The notes beneath the pieces were generated by a model that was given only the letters and a program-made list of their open reading frames with translations, was not told the origin of the DNA and ran no database searches. A stretch of 64,000 bases of DNA from the NCBI RefSeq assembly GCF_000485595.1, contig NW_014577076.1:980647-1044646 (forward strand), in the 5' to 3' direction. Position 1 is the first letter of the stretch. Each line of letters opens with the position of its first letter. Source of the DNA: Priapulus caudatus (Eukaryota). Shown here one piece after another: positions 41,001-54,778 of this stretch. The translations under genes and the position numbers were made by a program.

Positions 41001-44000
41001 CGTAGGAAATCATGTTAAACATAATCCTGAAAATTTTATCTGTGACATAAGACACCACACACACGCACGCACGTGCGTGTGGGCGTGTGTGCGTTTGTCG
41101 GCACGTGTGTGTATGAGTAATTGCTCCCTGAAATAAACCCGCTATAAATATTCGATATTACATTCGATATTGTACGAGAGATAATATTGTGTGATACCTT
41201 GGCCCATGCCTTGCCATGTAGTGATTACGATTCCGTGAACCGTGTGTTTTCGTCCGAGGTCGATCATGAAGCGTGGGTATTGCACGTAGGCGTTATCGAG
41301 CACGGCGCACATGTGCAGAGACGTGTCTAGCACACCGTCGACAGCTAACGCAAGCCTGTCAAACCTTCTACCACGTCGATACTTCTTGCTCTTGTCATTA
41401 CACCACGTACGTCGCTTCTGCGCCAGGTTCTCTACTGAATAGCAGTCATTCACACAGTTCTTACAGTACAGAAAGTTGACTTGCCAGTATGTTAGTGTAA
41501 ATCTATAGCATGGATAGAGCGTGAGTCATACAGCAATGAAGAGCTCGGAATATTCACTATACCAATCGTTAGAATCCTACGCGATTGTATGGAGACGTTC
41601 ACACACAAAAAACGTTTAACAAAATTACCCGTAATATCGCTCTCTAGCATTACACACTTACCACAGTTAGTATCTTGTGTAACTTGCATAAAGTTTCCCA
41701 CACATTCCCCTGAAAGCAAACATTGAGAACATCAGAACCCCAGTTAGTTATACATTGTTGTTTTTTTGCAGTTCAACTCGTTCGGTTTACATCAGCCGCG
41801 TTCACACGTAGCAAGAAATCCGGTATTTAGCGTTCACACGTGGCAAAATACGAGGCCCAAGAAATACGGTATCTAAACAGATCCGGTATTTCATGTAAAT
41901 ACGAGGCTTCCCAGACCCCGAATAATTTGCCGTGCTTGAGAAATACCGGATTTCTTGGACCGCGCATTTCCTCGTGTGAACGCTAAATACCGGATTTCTG
42001 AAGCCGCGTATTTTATAGACTGGTCCGCGCTCGACAGTTCCAGTGTAATGCGAGTGGAACTGTCGAGCGCGGACCAGTCTACGTATTTTATCGGCAGTTG
42101 GTGCGAATTGCATTGTTTATTTCGCATTGTTCGCTTGATTATTTAAAGCAGCTCGCAGCTCGCAAATACCGTATTTCTGGAGCCGCGAATCAGCGTGTGA
42201 ACGCTCGGCCGCGTATTTGTCTCAGATTCGGTATTTCGCAAATACCGTATTTCTGGAGCCGCGAATCAGCGTGTGAACGCTCGGCCGCGTATTTGTCTCA
42301 GATTCGGTATTTCGCAAATCTGGTATTTCAGAAATACGAGGTCTCGTGTGAACGAGGCTATAGTCACGTAGTCACGTGTTGTTAAAAACGCAATAATTTT
42401 AGACAATTGAGTAAAAACTGTTTTCCTAAAAGGCCGGACACACTAGGCGATTTAATCGGGCGACTCAGTCGGGCGACTCAATCGCCGTGAAAATCGCCTA
42501 ATGTGTCCAGTCAGTCGCCGCCGATTTAGTCGCCCGATTTAGTCGCCCGATTCAATCGCATAGATCAAAACTTTTTGATATTATCGGGCGATTATTTCAG
42601 TCGCCCGATAAAATCGCCTAGTGTGTCCGGGTCGGCGATTTAGTCGCCCGATTGTACAATTTATCCAGCCAAGTCAGACGCCTTGTTCAATGGATAGCTG
42701 ACGTGAATAGCGATGTTCATTGTTTAGTATGTCATGCTCATGTCCATGTCCACGTACATAGCGAATGGCCCACGCACGGCGACGGCACGCAGCGTGTACG
42801 TAGCACCGCTACGCAACACCACACTCATGCACGCACTTGTATACGTGCACACACGCACGCACGCACGCACGCACTGCACGCACTGTGTACGTGCAACCAC
42901 CGCACGCAGCGCACGATCTACCGTGCACCATGCATCGCACGCACGGCACGCACGTGTCTACCTGCCACACACAAGCACGTACGCACGCACGGCACACATG
43001 CACACACGCTGACCTGCAGCACGCCACACACGCACGCACGCACGCACACCATGCCCACACGTGTACATGCCACCACGCACGCACGCACGCACGACACGTG
43101 GTACGGCTGCACAGCCAGCCACGCACGCACGGCGACGCTAACCGCAGGTACGGTGCCACACGCACGCACTTCAACACACGCGACGTGACGTGCACACACA
43201 CGGACGCCACGCACGCAGTTGCACCGCACGTCCCCTGTAAGTTCACACGCACACACGCACTCACGTGTACGTACACACGCCACGCACGCTGTACGTACAC
43301 ACCGCACGCACGCACGTGTACGTGCACACGCACGCATACACTCCGATGCCACGCACGTGTACAAGCAGCACGCACGCACAGCAACGACACGTGTACGTGC
43401 ACACGCACGCACGCACGTCTACGTGCACATGCACACGCTGCGCACACACGCACTCGCCACGCGACCGCCACGTCGCCCGTGTCACCCACACTGGGACGGA
43501 CGTCGCACATGCCACCCCCCACGCCCTCCACCGAATACGCTTCTCCCACTTTCCCGTGTTAACTGCCCCACGCGGCGCCACACACGCACGCACACACGCA
43601 AGCTGTACGTGCACCCAACGCCACGCCTACAGCACCCGCGAGCATCGCACGCACGCCTTGTACGTGCACACGCACGCACGCAGTGCACGCCAGGGTGAAC
43701 GTGCACACGCCACAGCACGCATGCACGGAGCTGTGAACTGTGCACACGCACGCAACGCACGTATATGTGCCATACGCAAAACGCTCGCACGCACAGTCGT
43801 TACGCTGCTCACGCACGCCCACTCACGTTAACCTCGCACACACACGCACGCACCGCCACGTAGCGCACGTGTACCTGTGAACACGCACGCACGCGTGCAC
43901 ACGCACGCACGCGTGCACACGCACACATGCACGCACGTGTACGCACGCACGTAAGCACGCACGTATACGTGCACACGCACACACGCACACACGCACGCAC

Positions 44001-44690
44001 ACACGCACGCATGCACGCACGTTTACATACACACGCACGCACGCATGCATGCACGCAGGTGTACGTGCACACGCACGCACGCACGCACGCACGTGTACCT
44101 GTACAACTACGCACGTACGCACCAACGCACTCATGCACACGCGTGTAAAATCGCCTAGTGTGTTCGGCCCTACGTTTTGATATTATCGGGCGATTATTTC
44201 AGCCGCCCGATAAAATCGCATAGTGTGTCCACTCGACTCGCGCGATAGAATCGGGCGATATTATCGGGCGATAAAGTCGCCCGATTAGATCGCATTAAAA
44301 TCGCCTAGTGTGTCCGGCCCTTAATGGCGAGCCCTGTAGCGACACACTGGCGATGTTCGATTACGCGTGTGTTATAAACCATCTATGGTAGCCGCTTATA
44401 TTTCGGAATTCGTAGATACCCGTGTGTGGGCAGCCGATAATGCCAGCGCGCATGCTGACGTGATGCATCCACTGCATGGGATGCAGACGAATAAATCGAG
44501 CGATGAACGGCTCATTTATGTAGTGTCGCCGCTCGAGGAATTTGTCCGAGTTGCCACCGAACGTCTGTAACAAACAATGCGCTTTAATCTTAATTAATCG
44601 GAATTAGATTCTCTGAATCTTATTTAATCAAAGTAGAGACAATAGCGCGATCTGTCTATCTGTCTATCTGCCTGTCTGTCTATCTGTCTG

Positions 44691-44733
<43 letters not shown>

Positions 44734-44738
44734 GTCTG

Positions 44739-44835
<97 letters not shown>

Positions 44836-44840
44836 GTATC

Positions 44841-44903
<63 letters not shown>

Positions 44904-44951
44904 GTATGTATCTGGCTATCTATCTGTCTCTATCTATTTATCTATTTTATG

Positions 44952-44987
<36 letters not shown>

Positions 44988-47900
44988 GCACTATAGTCTA
45001 TAATAGTGCTACGTATAGTCTTGCACACTGTATCCAGTGGAAGTGATGCAAGTGTAACTGAAATGATATGGATGCTGCTATACAGGGGTGCGTTGATTGA
45101 ACGCTGCTGCAGGGGCATGATTTTTTCATCATTTTTTCATTTTGCCATGTCAGATGACCTCGGAGGTCAAATCCAATGTGCCCATGTTCCAATGTATCCA
45201 AAGTTATATGTAATGGCCATCCTTGGACATATAATAGAGTGACCGATATTGATTTGAATCGAGATCAGACGAACAGAGAAACTTCCACAAATGTGTATTA
45301 GATTGTCCTGCGTTACTGTCCTTGGTCGTGCATACTTGCTATGTTCTCTAGTGCAGTCATGCATGGCAGTCAGGTCTTCTTTCATTGTTGTTTTGCCATC
45401 CGGCTTACCCTGTTCTGAGACGTCACAAAATGACAGACAGCTGACAGGTACTAGACAATAACAACGGGAATATTAGTGTAGCGGCCGAGACCCCAAAAAT
45501 TAAGTGCACCCCTACCGGAGGTATAACAAGCTGGGAATGGTCTCATTTATTTTAACCGTCTCTGGATCCCTAGTTTATCGGGACAAAAAAGCCATGTTGT
45601 AGTTGCAGCAACCTCTGCGCCAACATGCCGACATTAACCCTTTTTTTACGGCTAAAATTCTGAAAAAATGACATTTTTCAGTCTACTTGATTATTTTATG
45701 AAATCAGCCCCCATTATATTTTATAATTTGAATGGTTATATCAATGTATTTCAATGAAATAGATATGTAGCAATGTATTTGAGGCAGTTTTATGCTGCTA
45801 AGGGGGTTAAGGGCCAAAATTTATACCCAAAATTTGGCATTTTTTGGCGATTTCGACCAAAATAATGTATATTTCTTGCCACTATTCACCAATACATGTT
45901 TGATCAACTGCTGTCAGATCGACTCTATTCATGGGCCTAGATGTGCTATTAATAAAATAAATAAGTTTCAGCAGTGGTAAACGGTATCAACATCGGTACA
46001 TTAACCTTTTTTGCGACACACCCTGAAACAAACGTACTTTTCAGTTTACTTGCACTAGTTTTATAAAATCAGCGTGCGCAGATCGACAACTACTTTAAAA
46101 AACTTATGATGTTAAATGCAATGTATTTATGAAATAGATATGTAGCAAGGTATTTGAGGCAGTTTATGCACCTGCTAAGGCTGTTAAGAGGCCAAAATAT
46201 ACCCAAAATTGCCATTTTTTGGCGATTATTCGACCAACAATAATGTTATATTTATCTTGGCACTATTCCCCAATACATGTTATCACTGCTGTCAGATCTG
46301 GACTCTATTCATAGGCCTACGATGTGCTATGATAAAAAATAGTTTTCAGCATGATTGGTAAAACGGGGTCACATGGTACATTAACCCCTTGTATTGCGGA
46401 CAGACCTGAAAAGCTACTTTTTCAGGTTTAACTTGCATATTTTATAAAATCACCGTCTGCGCAGAATGTTGTAGCAACTGATGTCTATAACAACTGTATT
46501 TCGATGAAAAGATAGTGTAAGCAATATTGAGGCAGTTTTATATGGTTTCAGCTCGTCCGGACAGATTCAATTGGTTTTTGTTACTCTGATTCTCAAGCAA
46601 TTCCTAATTCCACCGAATAATCGTTATCACTGTGTCAGCATCTGACTATTCGATGGGCCTAGATGTGCCATTGATAAAAAAATCTGTTCAGCATGTAAAC
46701 GGCGGTTAACTGGGTAAGACGGTAAGGACGACTGGGGAATCGTGGTCCTCGCACTTTCTGGCCAAATTGGTAGCACATTCACTTGCACCTCTTTGTATTT
46801 CGAAGGACTGCTCAAGATCACGTACTAGCTGGCTTGGTTTCATTGGTCAGCCATGGCAATCACGTTCTTGTTGGCAAAATTCAGCTGAAGTGAAGGAACA
46901 CTTCCGTGTACAGTGCTTTTCGTTGTGCCAAGGACGACACCTCTGATTCACGGGCATTACTGCTTCCTTGGAGCGATTGCGGTTAACCGTGGCCAGCTGC
47001 GTATACATCTGATGAAAGTTAGGATGTTTCGTTTAAGCAGCACGATCTCGAATGATCTTGCCAAATGCTGGCCCAGGAAAGCCATTATTCAGATGCATTG
47101 CCTCCCAAGCCCTCATCATTCTTTCAGCCACGTGGTTCGGCGCGGTCTGCGCTCCACAGAACTCTGCTGTGCCTTGCTGTCCTAGATGGCGAAGTCTCTT
47201 GTGCCAGTAATGATGTAATCTATCGCTGTGCTGGCGTGGCTGCCAGACTCCAATCAGATAGTGTTTTGCGACTAGCCTCAACAAATAGTGGATAAATAAA
47301 ATGGTTTTGACAAGTCAGTGGTGAGGCCATTGAGAAGGGTTATGATATCGTATCTATAACGGGACAGTCTTCGTTACTGACCGAGGGCATCGATATCCAC
47401 TCACGCCGGAATGCTAGATTCACCATCTCCCACAGCGTCCTTGGCACTTTGCCATATGAAATCTTTCAATTATGCTTTATCCGAGTTTCATCCCTCCACT
47501 TCGATAGGTGACAGTGCGGCTCTGGCCTTCTTCGCAGGGCTTGCGGTAGCCTTGGAGTGTGTTCCTTGTACTGCGGCCAGTGTCAAGATTTTGTTTGTAC
47601 AAGGAATCAAGGGGACACATCAGACGAGTGGGAGCATGTTGGCTAGCAAGCACAACAGCCAGGCATGTGTTAGTGCGTTTCCCATCAACTGTCTCCTCAT
47701 TATGATCAAAGTTGTCGATGCGCCAGCATCAACGCACTGGATTCAGGTTCTAGGGATCAAACAGTGAAATCCCTCGAGGAACCTGCACTTCAGATGGCTA
47801 CTGGCAAAGTTGATCACGAGCTACTGATCTAAGAACTTTCTCACGTCATCATAGGTTTATGGAATATCCCACTTACTTGAGAACGTCTATAAGCCTCCTT

Positions 47901-50900
47901 CTCCCATGGTCATGGGCATCTGAACACCAAGCGCCAAATGTAATGGGTGTTTCGTCTTTACAGGACGAGAGATTATAACTGTGACAGATACAAGCACTCT
48001 CATGTCAGCATCACTTGAGGTCACAGTGTCTAACATTGTCAAAGGATTCTTCGAGGTGCACCATGGCTATCGAAATCGTAACAATGTCTCTGAACAAATT
48101 CTTACATTGTCGTACATTCAGTCTCCGCTTGGACATAGTGGCTAGTTTGAAACGGTTATCCTGACATCTGCCACTCGCGAATGATACCAGCAGCTCGTAT
48201 GAAGGACGGACACTTCCGGATCCACATCACTTGCCATCTTCACTGGGAATTCACATTAGCCGGAATCATGAATTTCGATGGTCAGTGCAGCAACTTTCTT
48301 CAGTGCATCACCAACACTCACCTCTCTGCGAACAAACAAGATTCGGAACTTGCCTGCTTGGGCTAATGAACAATAAGTTAACACAAAATGTTTCTTCAGC
48401 TTCTCTTAAGCTTCCATGAGGATAGTCACCGACTCTGATGCCTGATCTCTCTGCCTTCATTGATGTATCTCAATGAATCGTTCATGTTAGCGAGGACAAG
48501 GCTGACAAAGTTTCTGGTACGTTGAGAGTACGCTACTTCGATTTCTCTCACTCAGCAGAGAAAAGCCTTGTCCGTAATCGTGGGGGCATTTTTCGGCTTG
48601 GTTAGTTTCAGCTTAATCAGCGGATTCTGTTTTTCTGCCTTGGCCCTCGCTTCAGCCTTGATGATTTCTTGGTCTGAAACGTATCGACCTGTCTAGCATG
48701 AGCCTCGTGTATTTCGCCATCATAAGCGAACAAGTGCCTGATATACAGCATCCGCATGTGAATCATGTACAGCTATCTTTCCAAAGATGCTGCGATTATA
48801 CGATCATGGGTTGATGCACCAGTGCCAGTATAGTATGTTAGTCAGATTTTCTTTCTTAGTGTTTGAGGTCCCACAATGAAACACGGCTGTTCTTATGTTA
48901 ATGTAGACGGTTTCAGTTCGCGAAGCCGAGTTGGTCCACTCTCAGCAAGGTCACTAGCTGCTGTACCACGCGTGCCCACGAGCAGGCACATTTCTGCTAA
49001 TTACTTCTAGATTCTTGCGTTTAATAGCGAGCTCGGCATTTCGTGCTGGTATCTAACTGTAACATTTTTGCGTTTAAAATGTCACTATTTTGAGCCCACA
49101 GCTAGGCCAATTCGTGTACATGCATCTTGACGAATTTCTGCAGCATGAATACGCTTTGATTCCATCCAGTGATTGGTTTTTACAACGGACTGTCATGTAT
49201 CCAAGCGCGACGACATATCACACAGTCTCGTCATCGCTGAGCTTTTCGTCTCCTTTCTCAGGGGGTCAGTCCGGTCCATCATTACTGAATAAAATTGCTT
49301 TGGTGGTTGAGCAAGCATGCTCTAATATAGACATGTCCCTGTTCAATTTCTAGGTACGGTAGTGCCTGCCCATCTGTTGAAATCAGTAACAAAATACCAA
49401 TAATCTGTCACGAGCTGAAAATAATAAAACGCCTCAAATACATTGCTACATATCTATTTCAATGAAATACATTTGATAATAACATCAGCTTCTAAACATC
49501 TGCCACGGCTGATTGTATAAATATGCAAGTAAACATGAAAAAGTATTTTCAGGTCTGTCGAAACAAGGACACAGACTGGCACATTCGTATACCCTGCTTG
49601 CTAAGCGTTTCGATGGGTGCTGCCCTGGCGAACTGTACGCGTCAACTTACTCGAAATGGCCTCGGGTCGTTGTCTACTATGTCAACGCCAGTACGCGGGA
49701 AGAATTTTTTTTTAACGGTTACGCATAATATTTGCTTAATTATATAGAGTACCGAGGCTGACGTCACGTTGGCAAGACAACGCACGCGGCGGTTCTTACA
49801 CAAGTCACTGGCCCTCCATAAGCGTTACTGCGTAACATGTGTGTGCGTACGCTAAAACACGAGTGGTGTGCGCTGCAGACAGCGGTAAAGCATCGTAGCA
49901 AGTCGATTCTTACAATATTTAGATGAATTTTAAAAAAGATTTAAATTTTTTTTTTTAATTTTTTGTTGTTAATTAATTTTTTATTTTTTCTTGTTGCTTT
50001 TCACTTCCATTCCTTTGGAAACTCTATTAAAAACTGCAATAATGACTCTAGAATGATGGTTACAATCCGCGTACAAAACACGGGACACGTAGTTAATGTT
50101 ACCAGAGCATTATGTGTAGAACACAGCAGGGCTCGTTGTCATGCCACCGTGACTCATCACTTCCGGTACTCTATTGACTAAATCGTGCGTCAGATACAAC
50201 TCAATATTCACAGAGCACTATAGCTAAGGACATGTGTCTACTAGGTATCTACAAATTTCTTAGAAATTTAATTCGATCTGTAATTCACTTTTCGCTACGG
50301 CAATATTGCTAATATACTGACTAATCTGTAGTCGCCTGCTGCGCGAGTCTAAAGCGGAAAGACGACGAATAAAAAACCGTTCACTCTTCGTCTCTAATTT
50401 CGATTGGACTGTCGCTATTGCGAACAAACTAACTGGCACCGTACCCTTAGGGTGCATGTGTCATCGGTCTACGCGGCAGCTTAAATACACAGCTTCGATT
50501 GGTGGGAAACTACGACTGCCTACGCAATTAAACTGAGAGTGGATCACGGGACCTATACACGATCATACGCGTGCTGCATCGACTATCGAATAACGACGCG
50601 TGTCTATATTCAAGCCTTACAGGAATCATTTGCATAATTATATCTCGATATATTCCGACAAGATATAGCGTTTTTCAAGGTTGTCAGAGTAAGGGACACG
50701 AACTATGCGTAAAACTCGGGTGGTGTTGCAGACGACGACTATTCGTGAGAGTGCTAGCTCAGTCTAGCGCTGGATGGCGCGCTATAGATGACATAGGTTC
50801 TCTTATCTCTGCAAATAATAAATTCGTTCTATATGTGGACTGAATGCAGCAGATTGAGCAGAGTATAGACACTACGCATGAGAGGGAAACACGCAGCCTC

Positions 50901-51986
50901 ATCCACACGAGGCCCCTCCCCTCTACCTCCGCCACCCGATGTCTTGACTGGCCGCAATTTCCTTGACCGTGGAATCAAGTGACTTACTGACTGCTGTGCA
51001 CAAACAGAAGCACTGCATACTTATCTAATTATTTAATTCATATGTCAATCATAATGATCAATGTAAAATAACACAATATACAAATCATTGTGAACGCAAC
51101 AGCTTAAAGTTAACACTACTTGGTTCGATAAGAATATGATAATTCTGCTGCCCTTTGTTCTGTTGAAAAAATACCAAGTTAAAACGATATTGCAATTTGT
51201 AAATATACACCCACATCACATGACACATGGTAGCATGCGTCATTACATAGACTTCGGAAGTGTGATCTGCCACCCCAACATATAGAAGAAGCCGACATGA
51301 CGGGTAAAAGACAGCAATGCAAANNNNNNNNNNNNNNNNNNNNNNNNNGTGATGGTGGTGGTGATGGTGATTGTGATGGTGATGGCAGCGGCGGCGGTGG
51401 CGACGGGGGCGGGGGGTGATGGTGGTGGTGATGGTGATTGTGATGGTGATGGCAGCGGCGGCGGTGGCGGTGGGTGATGGTGGTGGTGGTGGTGGTGATG
51501 GTGGTGGTGATGGTGATGGTGGTGGTGATGGTGGTGGTGATGGTGATGGTGATGGCAGCGGTGGCGGCGGGGGCGGTGGCGTTGGCTTATCGGTATTGTC
51601 GAACCAGCAACATTGGTGAGATAGTTTCGAATTCGTGCAGCGCGTTCAGTGTTCATATTGAGTAATATTTTCTGTTAGAAACCTTAAGCTTGCTGATGGG
51701 AGAAAGTAATTTATACGTGGTCGTCGACATAGCGCGCTACAACCCTACTCACTGCAGTGTCATCTGTTAATCCATTCCGGTCGGTGTCAACAATATTGAC
51801 CGTGTGCGCTCATTACACAGCAAACAATCAGTAAATTGGGTGGTACGAAGACTGCACGGCTAAGGGAAGGGACATCTGCCGTGGGCAGTGCTATTACATT
51901 ACGCGGCACGCGCAACGCTTCTGTGGGAATATTGGCATTTAGTGCAGCCCATACTTCGAATTAGTACACGCGCACGTACGCACGCA

Positions 51987-52018
<32 letters not shown>

Positions 52019-53801
52019 CACACGCCTGCGTTCTTTTAGAAATGATTTTAGACTGCCTTTTACATCGTGTAGAGGCGTAACTTGTGTGATTTGCCCCCGT
52101 ATAGAAGCAGTAGGACCAAGCTACGTCAGCGGAAAAAAATTGGGCTATACGATGTATAAATGCGTGCTATATGATCTTAAACGCAGGTTTCAAATACCGA
52201 GGCTATTTGAGACCCTCTTCGGGAGGTGGGGCAGGGGGCCAGTTATTTTAGCTGTTTTTTTCTGCTCGCGTCGACGCATTCCATTCTCACAGAAAAAGCT
52301 AACAACGACAAAAATGTTAGCGCCGTGATATTTTTGCTTTCAAGTGGATGTAAGCAAATCGAATCTAGCGGCGAAATATTTCTTCTCGTTCACGTATCTT
52401 TCGACGCAGACCTTGACAAACGAGATGAGTATGAAACCGACTTGGTTTCACGCACTACGTAGATGCTGTTGTTTATAATTGTTAAAGTTTCGGCAAGACT
52501 TTAATGACACACATTACCATGATTCAATGGCGAGGAATCCCAAATGATTTGTTGTTATTTCACGCATCACGTAGACGCGGCTTACACATTTGCGGGAACA
52601 TCCATCATATCGATCTACCGTTATAGCTGCTATAATTAGTAATGTTAACTAGTGTCGCGGCAGCCTGTCATGGGACAAAAATTGCGAACCTGAAACTAGT
52701 GATCACGCGGACAACGGCTACACGATAACATCAGCCGAGAATTAGCCCGAAATAGGTTACAACGCTTAGCTGCGATGATGATAGTGATAATCGCGCCTAC
52801 CTCGACATCCCATCAGCTCGACGCGCATGCAAGGATGCACGTGAAAATGTTTCACGTGGATCTTCACGAATCGCGCTAGCATGGCTTCTTGCAAGTAGTG
52901 ATGACGCGCCGAGAACGAGTCCGTGTTGCCGTGAAACACCTGTATACATCATGCCATGAACAGAGCATATTAGGACACGAGTGAGGGCACGCTTACTGTG
53001 CGTTAGTGCGAAAGTGCATGTGCGTGTGTGCCTATGGGATTTATTGGATATAATGTGGCCAGTCACAATATATAAAAATACCATATTTATTCGTATTAGA
53101 TCTCGCAACAATTTGAGTGTCTCCTGTGCATAACGCTTTAACGCATAAATATTTTGAAAATGTGTTACAACTGGCCTGAATACTAGCCTAGCATGCGCAT
53201 AGTAGAACGTAGTTATATGTGCCGTAATCTATTGCATGTGTGTGCGTGTGTGCGTGTGTGCGTGTGTGCGTGTGTGCGTGTGTGCGTGCATGCGTGCGTG
53301 CGTGCGTGGCAGCGTGCGTGCGTGCATGCGTGTTCATTACGTTCACATGCGTATGTAGACGCATGCGCGCACGAACACACATGCGCGCGTAGATAAAGTG
53401 TCATACTTGTACGTTTACTTGTACGGCTGCGTATGCTTGTGCGCATGCGTGTACGTGGACGCATTGACGTGCAAACATGAGTCACACACACATTTTCACG
53501 CGTGTGCGCACGTACACGCATGTGCGCACGTTCACGTATGTTCTCACGCACACGGACGTGTGCAAGAGTACACACATTTGCGCATGTACATGCGCGCATG
53601 CGCTTGCACACATGCGGTCACGTAAACGCATGCGCGCGATGGGAGCACGGATGCACTAGGCCAGTAGCACCACCAGACTGACTTTGTGCTTTTGCACGAG
53701 TCTCATGCGGTGCTGAATTGCGCAGAAGGGAAATGCTTCTCCTACGGGAAACCGCATGAACGCGTGCGTGTGGGCCGTGTTTGTTTGTTTGTTTGTTTGT
53801 T

Positions 53802-53850
<49 letters not shown>

Positions 53851-54705
53851 GTGTTCGCGCGTTTGCGTGTGCGTGCATGTTTATTACACTGTCTGACTGA
53901 ATGCTCGCAAAATGCGCAAACAACGAGCCCTAGAAATATCTCTTAACCGAATAATTTATTTGTGGCCAAAAATCAGAAATTTGCCTGTCGGCGAACGGAT
54001 AATATATTTACCACTCGCTATTTCCTACACTAAAGCCATAATTCATACTTGTTCTGCGCGTAGACATTGCCGTCAGCTTGCCCGCGCTGCAACGTGTGGT
54101 TGTTCTGCATTCTGCCCACGCGCACCGCGCCTGGCTTGCAGATAATCGTCTAGCCAGTTTCGGCGGTTAGCGCTCAGCCAAACGTATCACGAGTCGTAAT
54201 TACGTGGCGTGTTTCACCATAGATCGGAAATTAATCTCGGCTAAGAATAGGCATTCAGGTAAATTAACCGGCAAGTGGCATTTTGCGAGCGGTCTACACG
54301 CCCTCAGCATAGTTGCATATATACTGAAAACTGGTGACATTTGGTGAGAAATTATTTAATCGATATCAATATATCACAAGAAACCGCCACACTTCACCGG
54401 CGTGCTTTACGTCATGCGACACATAGAAAGCAACAGCGTCGACGTGCCTAATGGAATAGTGGCCACTTAGCTAAGTAATGCAGCGCATTTACGCACGCAC
54501 ATTGATGAAAACATATCTACATACGTTTCCATGGTAAACATGCGCAATGTTACCACAGTTTATCCACAGCCAGCGCCATCTGTTGTCGTATAAAGACGAT
54601 TTTATATTCGCAGGACTGACCGGGGACTGCTGAAACTGTTTGGAAAATAGCTTTCCGCTATAAATATTAGTCAATATAATAATAATGACGATAATAATCA
54701 TAATC

Positions 54706-54778
<73 letters not shown>

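Noticed and set aside
51243..51665. Poly-His/Pro or poly-Gly ORFs
   Set aside because: Trinucleotide repeat beside a gap, inside an intron.
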